A DNA stretch of 64,000 bases from Candidatus Poseidoniaceae archaeon (GTDB taxonomy: Archaea; Thermoplasmatota; Poseidoniia; Poseidoniales; Poseidoniaceae). Each line of letters starts with the position of its first letter. Position 1 is the first letter of the stretch. The translations under genes and the position numbers were made by a program. The notes beneath the pieces were generated by a model, which was given only the letters and a program-made list of their open reading frames with translations, made no database searches and had not been told where the DNA came from. The DNA lies in the NCBI GenBank assembly GCA_943789275.1, contig CALSTM010000003.1:515935-579934 (forward strand), given 5' to 3'. Of this stretch, positions 1-9,081 are shown piece after piece.

Positions 1-1149
1 TGGGTCGCCCGTTCAACCGAACACGACGAACGGACAGGAATCGTAATTTTTTCTGACAACGCAAAATACGCTTTGGAATCTTCTGGAGAGTACACGCAAG
101 GAGCTGGCGGTGGCGCATTGCTCATTCGTCGTAACCCTCGTCTGCTTGAGATTCCAGATTGCATCGGCGTATCGACGACCCCAGTTCACGATTTCTTCAA
201 GCCTCGCCGAGAGGTCAGTATTCGTTCGGTGATTACCAACGTTTTGCAACTTGCCCAAGAAACCGGTCAGACCATGAAGAAGGGATTGATTGAGAGAATG
301 ATTCGCCACCTACCTGAATCCACCGTTCGTAAATTGGGTATTTTTGCTCACGGTGAAGAAAAGGTCAGCGTCCATCGAGACGAACCAATTTTTGACGGAC
401 AATTCTCCAATCGTTGCTACCAATCAGCTGTTCGCCAAGCGTTCCACAATTTTGCTGAGAAGGCAGAAAAGCAAGGCCGATATACACACGGTGAAGATGA
501 GAGGTTGACAGAACAGTGGTCTCGAATCATCATGCACTTACCTTACGCATTCCAAGCCAAGCGAATGTTCCCCGACATTTTCCGACACGACCGCGAAGGA
601 ACCGAAATGTGGGGTTCCATAGCTGAGCAACTCGGCCCAATGCCAGCAGATCATGATACCGATGATGCACAACTCATCGAGATTTGGGAGAAAGCAATGG
701 ACGGATATCGACGTGCAATCTCCAAGACTCCAGAATACCTTAACTTCCACGCAAGTCGAATTGAGAAAGGACAGCGTGCGAGCAGTTTGATTGGAAACCA
801 ATACACCGGTTCTATTTTCCTTGCCTTGATGTCGACGTTCGAGTCTGATTTGGAAGAAAACAGCAACCTGGACAATTTGTTGTTCGGTCTGTGCGGTTAT
901 GGCTCTGGGGCTAAAGCCAAGGTGTTTGAAGCCAAAGTTAGCCCGCGCTGGAGAGAAGTCGTTTCTCGATGGCATCTGTTTGAGCGTTTGGCTGGACGAG
1001 TCGCTATCGACCATATCACCTACGAAAACCTCCACAAGGGCTTGCAAGACGACAGCGTCGTAACGCCTCAAGGTGAATTTGCGCTGGTTGAAATCGGCGA
1101 CGAAGGTGTTGACGAAGGTGCTCGACGCTACAAGTGGATTGGCGCTTAA
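1..1149 (+). CDS. hydroxymethylglutaryl-CoA synthase, 5'-truncated by the window edge; the frame is open from base 1
   Basis: C-terminal motifs match HMG-CoA synthase/thiolase-like condensing enzymes (LFGLCGYGSGAKA, ALVEIGDEG...GARRY). The frame reads through from position 1 (VIFSDNAKYALESSGEY...). The track ORF start at 73 is a TTG. Confidence 0.65.
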   Translation, partial: WVARSTEHDERTGIVIFSDNAKYALESSGEYTQGAGGGALLIRRNPRLLEIPDCIGVSTTPVHDFFKPRREVSIRSVITNVLQLAQETGQTMKKGLIERMIRHLPESTVRKLGIFAHGEEKVSVHRDEPIFDGQFSNRCYQSAVRQAFHNFAEKAEKQGRYTHGEDERLTEQWSRIIMHLPYAFQAKRMFPDIFRHDREGTEMWGSIAEQLGPMPADHDTDDAQLIEIWEKAMDGYRRAISKTPEYLNFHASRIEKGQRASSLIGNQYTGSIFLALMSTFESDLEENSNLDNLLFGLCGYGSGAKAKVFEAKVSPRWREVVSRWHLFERLAGRVAIDHITYENLHKGLQDDSVVTPQGEFALVEIGDEGVDEGARRYKWIGA

Positions 1150-2201
1150 TCGAAGTCCAAGACAACTTTACCGCATTCTCCAGCAATGGCTAACTCGACG
1201 GCTTCCTCGAACGATTCAATCGGCATACGGTGTGTCAGAACGGCGTTGACATCAATCAATCCACGTTCCAAAAGGTCGTGCATGGTATCCCATGTGGACC
1301 ACATTTTTCTGCCGTTGATGCCTTTGATGTGGAGGTATCGGAACACAACATCGTTCATCGGAACTTCCGGAGTAGCGTTTCCGTATACGGAGAGAATGTT
1401 GACATAGCCACCCATTCGAGTACTGTGAATGGTGTTGGCTAAGGCTTGAGGGGAGCCTGAGAACTCACAGGAGTTGTCCACGCCTCTTCCATCGGTTGCA
1501 GCCAAGATTTCAGCGACGACGTCATCGTCTTTTCCGAGCACAAGGTCAGCTCCAAGCGTTTTTGCTAAGTCCATTCGGTAGGTGTTGTCCCAATCGACTG
1601 CAATGATTTTGTTAGCCCCCATGGCTTTTGCAGCGTTGACGGCAAACAATCCAATTGGGCCAAGACCGTGAATGGCGACGGTTGACCCTTCGACCGGGCC
1701 ACCGGTGAGGGTATGAATCGCGTTTCCAAGCGGGTCCTGTATGGACGCATGACCGGGGTCAAGCCCCTTTGGAATTGGACGGGCGTTCACTGACGGAGCC
1801 ACAAAATACGGCCCGAAAGCACCGTTCGTATGCACGCCAAAGATTGAGCCGTTCTCACAGATGTGCGCATTTCCTTCGTCGCATCGAGGGCAATTCCAGC
1901 AGGCAAGGTGGCATTCAATGGCAACCAAATCGCCAATCGAATGGGATTTCACGCCAGGACCGAGAGCGACCACTTCGCCGCAGGTTTCGTGGCCGGTGAT
2001 GGTTCCTAACGGTACGTTTTCACGACTCCACTGGTCCCATTTCCAAATGTGAATATCGGTACCGCATACGGATGTCGAGTGGGTTTTAATCAGAACTTCA
2101 CCTTCGCTCGGTGTTGGGACAGGGTGCTCTATTCGGCTGAAACCACCCACGGTGTCAGCAGTTTTTGTCCATGCAAGCATGGTTTCTGGAACTTCCCTCA
2201 T
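1146..2201 (-). CDS. tdh: L-threonine 3-dehydrogenase (zinc-dependent alcohol dehydrogenase family)
   Basis: Colinear with archaeal TDH: EVLIKTHSTSVCGTDIHIW, GHETCGEVV, LQDPLGNAIHT, GLGPIG, WSTWDTM, GKVVLDF. The 444-aa track ORF is over-extended at the N-terminus. A start at M94 (2201) or M77 (2252) fits TDH length. Confidence 0.8.
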   Translation of the reverse strand: MREVPETMLAWTKTADTVGGFSRIEHPVPTPSEGEVLIKTHSTSVCGTDIHIWKWDQWSRENVPLGTITGHETCGEVVALGPGVKSHSIGDLVAIECHLACWNCPRCDEGNAHICENGSIFGVHTNGAFGPYFVAPSVNARPIPKGLDPGHASIQDPLGNAIHTLTGGPVEGSTVAIHGLGPIGLFAVNAAKAMGANKIIAVDWDNTYRMDLAKTLGADLVLGKDDDVVAEILAATDGRGVDNSCEFSGSPQALANTIHSTRMGGYVNILSVYGNATPEVPMNDVVFRYLHIKGINGRKMWSTWDTMHDLLERGLIDVNAVLTHRMPIESFEEAVELAIAGECGKVVLDFD

Positions 2202-2331
2202 GCTTCCCCTCTCTTTGGTTTCTGCGCACCCACTCTTTGATTCTTCGCTCATTTCGTCATGAGTGTCTTTTTCAATTTTGAGAGGTATGTTGATAGGGGA
2301 GGCGCGACGGCCTAAAAGCCCGTTGATGTGC

Positions 2332-3963
2332 ATGAAGTACGTTGTTGTTAGCGGAGGAGTCCTTTCTGGATTAGGAAAGGGAGTGACTGCAAGCAGCATC
2401 GGCGTGTTGCTCAAAAGTGCAGGACTGCGAGTCACATCTTTGAAAATCGACCCGTATTTGAACAGCGATGCTGGAACCATGTCTCCGTTTGAACACGGTG
2501 AAGTATTCGTTTTGGATGACGGTGGCGAGGTCGATCTTGACCTTGGAAACTATGAGCGTTTCCTCGATATTAATCTGGGTAAGGACAACAACGTCACAAC
2601 CGGAAAAATTTACTCCAAAGTCATCGAGGCGGAACGCCGTGGTGATTACCTGGGAAAGACCGTTCAAGTCATTCCACATGTGACCGATGCGGTTCAAGAC
2701 TGGTTGGAAGAAGTGGCTCATCGGCCTGCAGACGGCAGCGAATCGCCTCCGGATGCATGCATTGTCGAACTTGGTGGAACGGTCGGTGACATCGAATCCG
2801 CACCTTACATCGAAGCCTTGCGTCAATTCCAATTCCGTGTAGGCAGGGAAAACGTGACCTTTGTACACGTGTCTCTTGTTCCTGTCATGGGGCCAGTTGG
2901 CGAACAGAAAACCAAACCAACCCAACACACGGTGAAGGAATTGCGAGGTTTAGGTATCACGCCAGACATTCTCGTTTGCCGTTCATCAGCACCTCTTACC
3001 AAAGAGACAAGAGAAAAATTGGCTGCCTTTTGCCATGTATCTCCTGAGGCAGTTATGTCAACCCACGACGTCCCAAACATCTACCACGTCCCACTGATGT
3101 TGGAAGAACAGGGACTTTGCGACATCATGAATGTTGATTCTGATGCCACTGACTTGCTGAAGAAGTGGAAAGTCATGGCCCACCACCTTGACACTTTAAC
3201 CGAAGAAGTCCAGATTGCCATGGTCGGTAAATACACTGACTTGTCCGACGCATACCTTTCGGTGATCAAGAGCTTACAGCATGCTGCTATGGCTGTTGAC
3301 CGCAAACTTACCATCAACTGGATTGAAGCGAGTCATCTTGAGTCCGATTGGGAAAACAGCAATGAACGCGACAATGCATGGTCATTGCTCAAGCAGTCCG
3401 CTGGAGTATTGGTCCCAGGAGGATTCGGAGACCGGGGTGTTGAAGGAAAGATTTTGGCAGCGGAATACGCTCGTACAAGTTCAACTCCGTACCTTGGTAT
3501 TTGCCTTGGTCTACAAGTTGCAGCCATTGAGTTCTGTCGAAATGTTCTCGGATTTGAGGATTCAAATTCGACTGAGTTCGATGAGAATTGCAAGAACCCA
3601 GCCGTTGTCTTCATGCCAGAAATCTCCAAAACTCACCTTGGTGGCACAATGCGGCTGGGTAGCCGTCCAACTTTGTGGCAAGTCGATGATTGTAAGATAC
3701 GCCAATTGTACGGCGAAGGGGATTCAGTTGATGAACGTCATCGCCATCGATACGAAGTCAACCCCGACATGATCGAAGCGATTGAATCGGCTGGACTCAT
3801 CTTTGTTGGTAAAGACGAAACAGGTCAGCGTTGCGAAATATTCGAACTTGAAGGCCACCCGTATTACGTCGGCGTTCAATACCATCCCGAGTTCAAGAGT
3901 CGGCCAGGTCGTCCAAGCCCACCGTTCCTCGGTTTGCTCAAGGCATCAACCGGTCAACTTTGA
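2332..3963 (+). CDS. pyrG: CTP synthase
   Basis: N-terminus [17 protein letters not shown], a glutamine amidotransferase class I C-terminus ([15 protein letters not shown]) and full colinearity with PyrG. The true start is the ATG at 2332; the track GTG at 2263 is upstream extension. Divergent from tdh. Confidence 0.95.
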   Translation: MKYVVVSGGVLSGLGKGVTASSIGVLLKSAGLRVTSLKIDPYLNSDAGTMSPFEHGEVFVLDDGGEVDLDLGNYERFLDINLGKDNNVTTGKIYSKVIEAERRGDYLGKTVQVIPHVTDAVQDWLEEVAHRPADGSESPPDACIVELGGTVGDIESAPYIEALRQFQFRVGRENVTFVHVSLVPVMGPVGEQKTKPTQHTVKELRGLGITPDILVCRSSAPLTKETREKLAAFCHVSPEAVMSTHDVPNIYHVPLMLEEQGLCDIMNVDSDATDLLKKWKVMAHHLDTLTEEVQIAMVGKYTDLSDAYLSVIKSLQHAAMAVDRKLTINWIEASHLESDWENSNERDNAWSLLKQSAGVLVPGGFGDRGVEGKILAAEYARTSSTPYLGICLGLQVAAIEFCRNVLGFEDSNSTEFDENCKNPAVVFMPEISKTHLGGTMRLGSRPTLWQVDDCKIRQLYGEGDSVDERHRHRYEVNPDMIEAIESAGLIFVGKDETGQRCEIFELEGHPYYVGVQYHPEFKSRPGRPSPPFLGLLKASTGQL

Positions 3964-3964
3964 T

Positions 3965-5161
3965 TCAGGCCTCTTCGATGCGAATGAGCCGTGTGGTTCT
4001 GAAACCTTGCAGTATTTTGATGAAACGCTTGGTTTGGAACACTTGGTCCAATTCCACCTCGCCGGTGTCGATACGTACGGCGTTGAGTCCAATCAATTTG
4101 GCAGGAGTAGCAACACCGAGAATGTTGTCAATTCCAATCATTCGCAAGACATCTGGAGACAGTTGTAGATTTCCTCTTCCAATGAGGAAACCTTGTCCTC
4201 CCATTGGTGAGAGCAACAGCAATCGTGGCCTTTCATTGCCGCTTTCATCGACGTGCTGCGCAATAACTTCGAGCAGTTGTTGTTCGTTGAGGTCGGTATG
4301 TGCTTGGCGTTCACCGTTTTCAGACGGTCCAAGAACATCGATTCCCAACAGTGTGAGTTCTTCTCCGCAGAACTCTCCCATTCGCCGAAGCGTGCCTCCA
4401 CTGCCCCATATCACCATCAGGTCGTCTTGACTCGAGAGTAAGGATTCGACATGCTGTGCGAGACCTTCGATGGTATCGGCCTCACTTGTCCGTTCTACCT
4501 GTTCTTTAGCGCCTTGCATGAATCGAGGGCTTGAAGGCGTCCATGCTTCACCGTACATTCGGACTTTCCATATGCCTTCTTGGTAGATTTCCTCATCCAA
4601 ATCCATGACTTCTGTGATGGCGCATCGTAAATCGCCAAGTAGGAACGCCAGTGTAACTTCAGCAGCTGCTTTTGGGGTAGTAGCAAAACATCCAGAGTGC
4701 ATTTTGACTCCACCCGGTACACCGATGAGCGGTATTTCTTGAGCATCCTTGCCGATGCTTTCCAGAGTGTTAGCGATGTCTCGTGTCGTGCCATCACCTC
4801 CAGCATACAGAAGAGCTTCTGCACCCCCGTCAACCAAATCACGAACCAGTTGACTTGTTTCTTCGACTGAAGTTTCTGCGGGCGTCGAGCCAATGCTCGT
4901 GAAGGTCATTTTTTCTGATGGTTCGGGTACCCAAGTACCGCCCATACGGCCGCTCCAGCCAAGGCATTCGAGGTCAACATCGCTGCGATTAAGAGAACTG
5001 GATAAGAGCGATTGGAGGGCATCAAGTGCGAGTTTCATACGAGGTCCAGCACGGTCTTCAGCTCCAGCAGCACGGGCTTCTGCAGCACGCCCATCGCTGC
5101 CTTTGAACCCGAGGCGGCCTCCAAGACCAGCGTCTGGGTTGACCACGATTCCGATGCGCAT
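3965..5161 (-). CDS. ATP-NAD kinase/diacylglycerol-kinase-like protein (COG3199-type predicted NAD kinase)
   Basis: N-terminus MRIGIVVNPDAGLGG plus a GGDGT catalytic motif (LLYAGGDGTTRD), ~400 aa. Convergent with pyrG. Confidence 0.5.
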   Translation of the reverse strand: MRIGIVVNPDAGLGGRLGFKGSDGRAAEARAAGAEDRAGPRMKLALDALQSLLSSSLNRSDVDLECLGWSGRMGGTWVPEPSEKMTFTSIGSTPAETSVEETSQLVRDLVDGGAEALLYAGGDGTTRDIANTLESIGKDAQEIPLIGVPGGVKMHSGCFATTPKAAAEVTLAFLLGDLRCAITEVMDLDEEIYQEGIWKVRMYGEAWTPSSPRFMQGAKEQVERTSEADTIEGLAQHVESLLSSQDDLMVIWGSGGTLRRMGEFCGEELTLLGIDVLGPSENGERQAHTDLNEQQLLEVIAQHVDESGNERPRLLLLSPMGGQGFLIGRGNLQLSPDVLRMIGIDNILGVATPAKLIGLNAVRIDTGEVELDQVFQTKRFIKILQGFRTTRLIRIEEA

Positions 5162-5250
5162 GCATGTGGCAGAGTATTCACCTTCAAGAAGACCTGCATT
5201 GAATGCTTAAGCGTCGATGACATCAAAAAACCCCCATTCATCGAAGTGCT

Positions 5251-5991
5251 ATGCGCACCCCGGCACGTCGTCGCCTTGCCCTTGTTCTCACGGTCGGTTT
5301 TACCACACTGTGGCTCGCAGCAGGATACATTACATGGGTGATGAACGGATGTAAGGCTTACATGCCGTTCATTTCAGATTTTGATCTGTATGAGCCGGGT
5401 GATACGATTTTCACCGTTGGGACTTTTGTGACTGGCTATCTTGTGTTTTGGATTATCATGGAGATTCATTCCATGAACATGAAACGTATTCAATCAGCCG
5501 GCCACCATACCTTTTGGCATGGTGTTAACCATCTGGCTGTTTTCCCAGGATTGATTGGAGCGTTCTCGTGCATTCGAATCGGTAGTGTTCCATGGGATAC
5601 CGACGGTCCGATGCACGGTCATTATGCCTTTGACATCTTTACTTTTGGAGTCTATTGGTGTCTGTTGATTACAGCAGTTACGGTACGCATTTGGTGGAAT
5701 CACCCGCGTTTCCGAACCGTCATCGGCCTGCGCATTTTAGCAGCACTCTCGGCCTTTGTCGGATTGTTTCAGTTGATTGCAACACAATCGCAGGTGTGGG
5801 GTCCAGACTTTGACTGGGATACATACAACGCTTTGACCAGTGATATGATGGCTTTCTGCACCAGTTCACCCTATCCAATGCTCAATGTTTCTGCGGTTTG
5901 GGAATACGTCTTGGTGTTTGGAATACTGGGGACCATTCTTTCGTTTTTACCCGAAGTGGACTTTGACGATTCAAGCCTCGAGGAAGAATGA
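5251..5991 (+). CDS. multi-pass membrane protein with a Frag1/DRAM/Sfk1-like signature
   Basis: About 6 predicted TM helices. The motif YMPFISDFDLYEPGDTIFTVG resembles the P-[YF]-ISD-x4-PPE-x2-IF signature of DRAM/TMEM150/Frag1 proteins. Clean ATG start. Confidence 0.45.
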   Translation: MRTPARRRLALVLTVGFTTLWLAAGYITWVMNGCKAYMPFISDFDLYEPGDTIFTVGTFVTGYLVFWIIMEIHSMNMKRIQSAGHHTFWHGVNHLAVFPGLIGAFSCIRIGSVPWDTDGPMHGHYAFDIFTFGVYWCLLITAVTVRIWWNHPRFRTVIGLRILAALSAFVGLFQLIATQSQVWGPDFDWDTYNALTSDMMAFCTSSPYPMLNVSAVWEYVLVFGILGTILSFLPEVDFDDSSLEEE

Positions 5992-6012
5992 ACATCTGAC
6001 GCAAGGATTGAT

Positions 6013-6360
6013 GTGCCCTGCTTACTTTGTCGGAGTATGAACAGAAGCGGGCGTGAGTTGCCGAGTCTCGAGGATACGCTTGCCAAAGGGTTCGCATCCA
6101 TGCATTCAGAAGAGGAGACTGTTGAGGCTGAGCAGCCTGAGGAAATCCACGTTCAGCAAGAACCCGCAGAGCCCGCTGTCAAACCGGATTACAGTAAACC
6201 AACTCAGTTGGTCGAAAACCGTTCAAGTTTTACCGTTTCAAGCGCACAAAAAGTACCCGCCACCGAACCAGCCGACGACGAAACAGCAGCTCCGGATGCC
6301 GTTGAAGTATTGGAGAAGCCGACCAGCACGCTCGGTGATGATTTCGATGTTGAATGGTAG
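6013..6360 (+). CDS. hypothetical small acidic protein (low confidence)
   Basis: Open frame with coding-like codon usage and Glu/Pro/Ala-rich low complexity. No recognisable domain. Start ambiguous. Confidence 0.25.
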   Translation: MPCLLCRSMNRSGRELPSLEDTLAKGFASMHSEEETVEAEQPEEIHVQQEPAEPAVKPDYSKPTQLVENRSSFTVSSAQKVPATEPADDETAAPDAVEVLEKPTSTLGDDFDVEW

Positions 6361-6404
6361 GATTTCATACAGGCACTTATCAGTAAACACCGTTACGGGC
6401 GCTT

Positions 6405-6956
6405 ATGGAAGTCACGCGAAAATTTGTACGAATTTTCATTCTTATCTTTGGGACACTGGTTCTGGTCTCGTATGTTTATGGCCTCTCCCATGCATCGGAC
6501 ACCGAAGCACTCTGGGGTGGAATTCCTTGGTCGCAAGCACAAATGATTGTACCGTTCATGTTCCTGGCAGCGTTCGGTTTTCTGACGTACTGGTGGACTG
6601 TTCTTTACCAAAACGATGTTTCCATGATGGACGCACTGCGATGGCCATGGGGCGAATCTGACGGCGGCGGAGGTGCTCGCTTATTGCTTGCATTTGCATT
6701 GCTGGTCATCCCCTCGGCACTGTGGCTTGAGGCGACCATCTATCACTTGGACAACGATTACAGTTGGACGCCAATTTTAGTGGTGGGTGTTTTGCTGTTG
6801 GCTTGTGTTGGAAACATCATGATGGGTTTACTGGCTTATTCAGCGTATGTCGACGAAGTTCCAGGCGGAAAAAGAATGCTGCTTGGTTCGATATTACTCG
6901 GTATTCAATGCATTCTTTTTGATGGCATTTATTGGAACTTGAAATTCCCGTGGTGA
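6405..6956 (+). CDS. hypothetical membrane protein (4-5 TM helices)
   Basis: Hydrophobic segments (IFILIFGTLVLVSYVYGL, VPFMFLAAFGFLTYWW, LLLAFALLVIPSALWL, ILVVGVLLLACVGNIMMGLLAY). No known domain. Confidence 0.5.
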   Translation: MEVTRKFVRIFILIFGTLVLVSYVYGLSHASDTEALWGGIPWSQAQMIVPFMFLAAFGFLTYWWTVLYQNDVSMMDALRWPWGESDGGGGARLLLAFALLVIPSALWLEATIYHLDNDYSWTPILVVGVLLLACVGNIMMGLLAYSAYVDEVPGGKRMLLGSILLGIQCILFDGIYWNLKFPW

Positions 6957-6960
6957 AGGG

Positions 6961-6994
6961 CTCTCAAACCCGTGCCACTTTTGCCGTTTGAGAG
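6961..6994 (+). terminator. perfect 9-bp inverted repeat hairpin (CTCTCAAAC...GTTTGAGAG) with a T-rich loop after the membrane-protein gene; a second imperfect hairpin follows at 7013-7037
   Basis: Read directly from sequence. Lies between the 6405-6956 CDS and thrS. Archaeal terminators are usually oligo-T tracts, so function is uncertain. Confidence 0.3.
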
Positions 6995-7047
6995 TGATGG
7001 TTTGATGAAGGGCTTCCAACCCCGTAGGGGTTGAAGGAGAGCACCGT

Positions 7048-9072
7048 ATGACACTCATCAACATCACCCTGCCAGATGGAACGGTTAACGAATACGCTGC
7101 AGGCATAACGTGCGCAGAGGTGATTACCGATGCACTGGGCCGTAAACACGGCTGTTTAGCGGCTCGTATAGATGGCGAGGAATGCGACTTGTCTCGCATG
7201 CTCGACACCGATTGTGCGGTCGAAGGTATTCTTACCGATTCGGATGAAGGCATCCACATTCTGCGCCACAGTGCTTCTCACCTTTTGGCCCAGGCAGTTA
7301 TGGCGCTTTATCCAGACGCAAAACCAACGATTGGTCCAGCGATTGATCGAGGTTTTTACTATGATTTTGCCATGGAACCCATCGCTGAGTCTGACCTTAA
7401 GCCAATCCAAAAGAAGATGCAAGAAATCGCTCGAAAGAACTTCACCGTTGAGCGCGTGGAATTAAGCGACGAGGAGTTGCAACAGCACTTTGCTCACAAC
7501 CCGTACAAACTTGAAATCATCAACGATAAAATCGAAGACGGCGGTGGTTCGACCATCTACAAGCAAGACGAATGGTACGATTTGTGCCTCGGACCTCACG
7601 TTCCAAACACTTCTCGATTGATGCATGTTAAACTCACCAGCATCTCTTCAGCGTACTGGCGAGGTGACCAAGACCGAGAGCAACTGGTGCGTATTTACGG
7701 CATCGTAGAACCGAGTAAAGAGGCATTGCGAGCAACACTGACTCGCCTCGAAGAAGCCAAGAAGCGCGACCATCGAAAGTTGGGGAAGGATTTGCAATTG
7801 TTCCACATCGATGAAGAAGTCGGTCAAGGTTTGATTCTCTGGACACCTCGTGGCGCTGTTATCCGTCAAGAGTTGCAGGATTTCATTTCCTATCATCTTC
7901 GCCGCCAAGGCTATTCTCAAGTCTTTACACCGCACGTCGGGAAACTCGACCTGTACCGCACATCCGGCCATTTCCCTTACTATCAAGACTCTCAGTACCC
8001 ACCTATGGTCGAACGAGACTTGATGAACAAACTTGCTGATGAGGGTTGTACCTGTGGTGATTTATCGAATTTGATGAAGAGCGGTGACATCGATGGATAC
8101 ATGCTTAAACCGATGAATTGCCCCCACCACGTCAAGATTTACGCTTCACAAATGCGTTCATACAGGGATTTACCGCTTCGCCTTGCTGAGTTCGGAACCG
8201 TCTATCGATGGGAGCAATCCGGTGAAATTTCGGGTATGACTCGAGTTCGTGGGTTTACTCAAGACGATGCTCACTTGTTCGTCACCGAAGAACAAATCGC
8301 TGAAGAAGTGCTTGGCTGCATTGAACTGGTTCAGATTATTTTTGACAAATTAGGTATGACCGATTACCGTGTTCGAGTTGGTCTTCGTGACCTTGACTCT
8401 GACAAGTATGTTGGCGACCCAGCGCGTTGGGATAAAGCCGAAGACGCTTGCCGTGCAGCTGCAGAATCTCTTGGAGTCCAATGGTCTGAAGAACAGGGTG
8501 AAGCCGCTTTTTACGGTCCAAAAATTGACTTTGTCGTGAAGGATGTTATCGGACGAGAATGGCAACTTGGAACCGTTCAAGTCGATTACAACCTGCCTGA
8601 ACGGTTTGGTTTGGAATACAAGGGAAGCGACGGCGAATTGCACCGCCCAGTGATGATTCATCGAGCACCTTTTGGTTCTATGGAGCGTTTCTGTGGAGTT
8701 TTGATTGAACACTTTGCCGGTAAGTTCCCTACATGGCTCACACCAACACAGTGTCACATTATCACCATTTCAGAGAAGCATACAGCTTACGCTGACGAAG
8801 TTGCTCAACTCCTACGGGACAATGGAATTCGTGTTGAGATCGATAACGGCGACGATACCATTGGTAAGAAAATCCGTACCCACCGCAAGATGCAACCAGC
8901 CTACATGGTCATTTTGGGCGACGGCGAAATCGAATCTCGAAGTGTGAGTCTGCGTGCACGAAACGGCGACCAAGTCAGCGGTATCCCACTGGAGAGGTTT
9001 TTGACCGATTTGAAACATGAAATTGAGGAAAAGGTTTCTCAACCCGCATTGGCAGTCAACAGCGAAGACTGA
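7048..9072 (+). CDS. thrS: threonine--tRNA ligase (archaeal type with N-terminal TGS domain)
   Basis: TGS-like N-terminus (MTLINITLPDGT), class II aaRS motifs (HRKLG, FHIDEE, GPKIDF) and a C-terminal anticodon-binding domain; 674 aa. Confidence 0.95.
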   Translation: MTLINITLPDGTVNEYAAGITCAEVITDALGRKHGCLAARIDGEECDLSRMLDTDCAVEGILTDSDEGIHILRHSASHLLAQAVMALYPDAKPTIGPAIDRGFYYDFAMEPIAESDLKPIQKKMQEIARKNFTVERVELSDEELQQHFAHNPYKLEIINDKIEDGGGSTIYKQDEWYDLCLGPHVPNTSRLMHVKLTSISSAYWRGDQDREQLVRIYGIVEPSKEALRATLTRLEEAKKRDHRKLGKDLQLFHIDEEVGQGLILWTPRGAVIRQELQDFISYHLRRQGYSQVFTPHVGKLDLYRTSGHFPYYQDSQYPPMVERDLMNKLADEGCTCGDLSNLMKSGDIDGYMLKPMNCPHHVKIYASQMRSYRDLPLRLAEFGTVYRWEQSGEISGMTRVRGFTQDDAHLFVTEEQIAEEVLGCIELVQIIFDKLGMTDYRVRVGLRDLDSDKYVGDPARWDKAEDACRAAAESLGVQWSEEQGEAAFYGPKIDFVVKDVIGREWQLGTVQVDYNLPERFGLEYKGSDGELHRPVMIHRAPFGSMERFCGVLIEHFAGKFPTWLTPTQCHIITISEKHTAYADEVAQLLRDNGIRVEIDNGDDTIGKKIRTHRKMQPAYMVILGDGEIESRSVSLRARNGDQVSGIPLERFLTDLKHEIEEKVSQPALAVNSED

Positions 9073-9081
9073 GGTTTTATC

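Noticed and set aside
12-309. 98-aa minus-strand ORF at the window start
   Set aside because: Antisense to the HMG-CoA synthase frame, which is open from base 1 and carries recognisable motifs.
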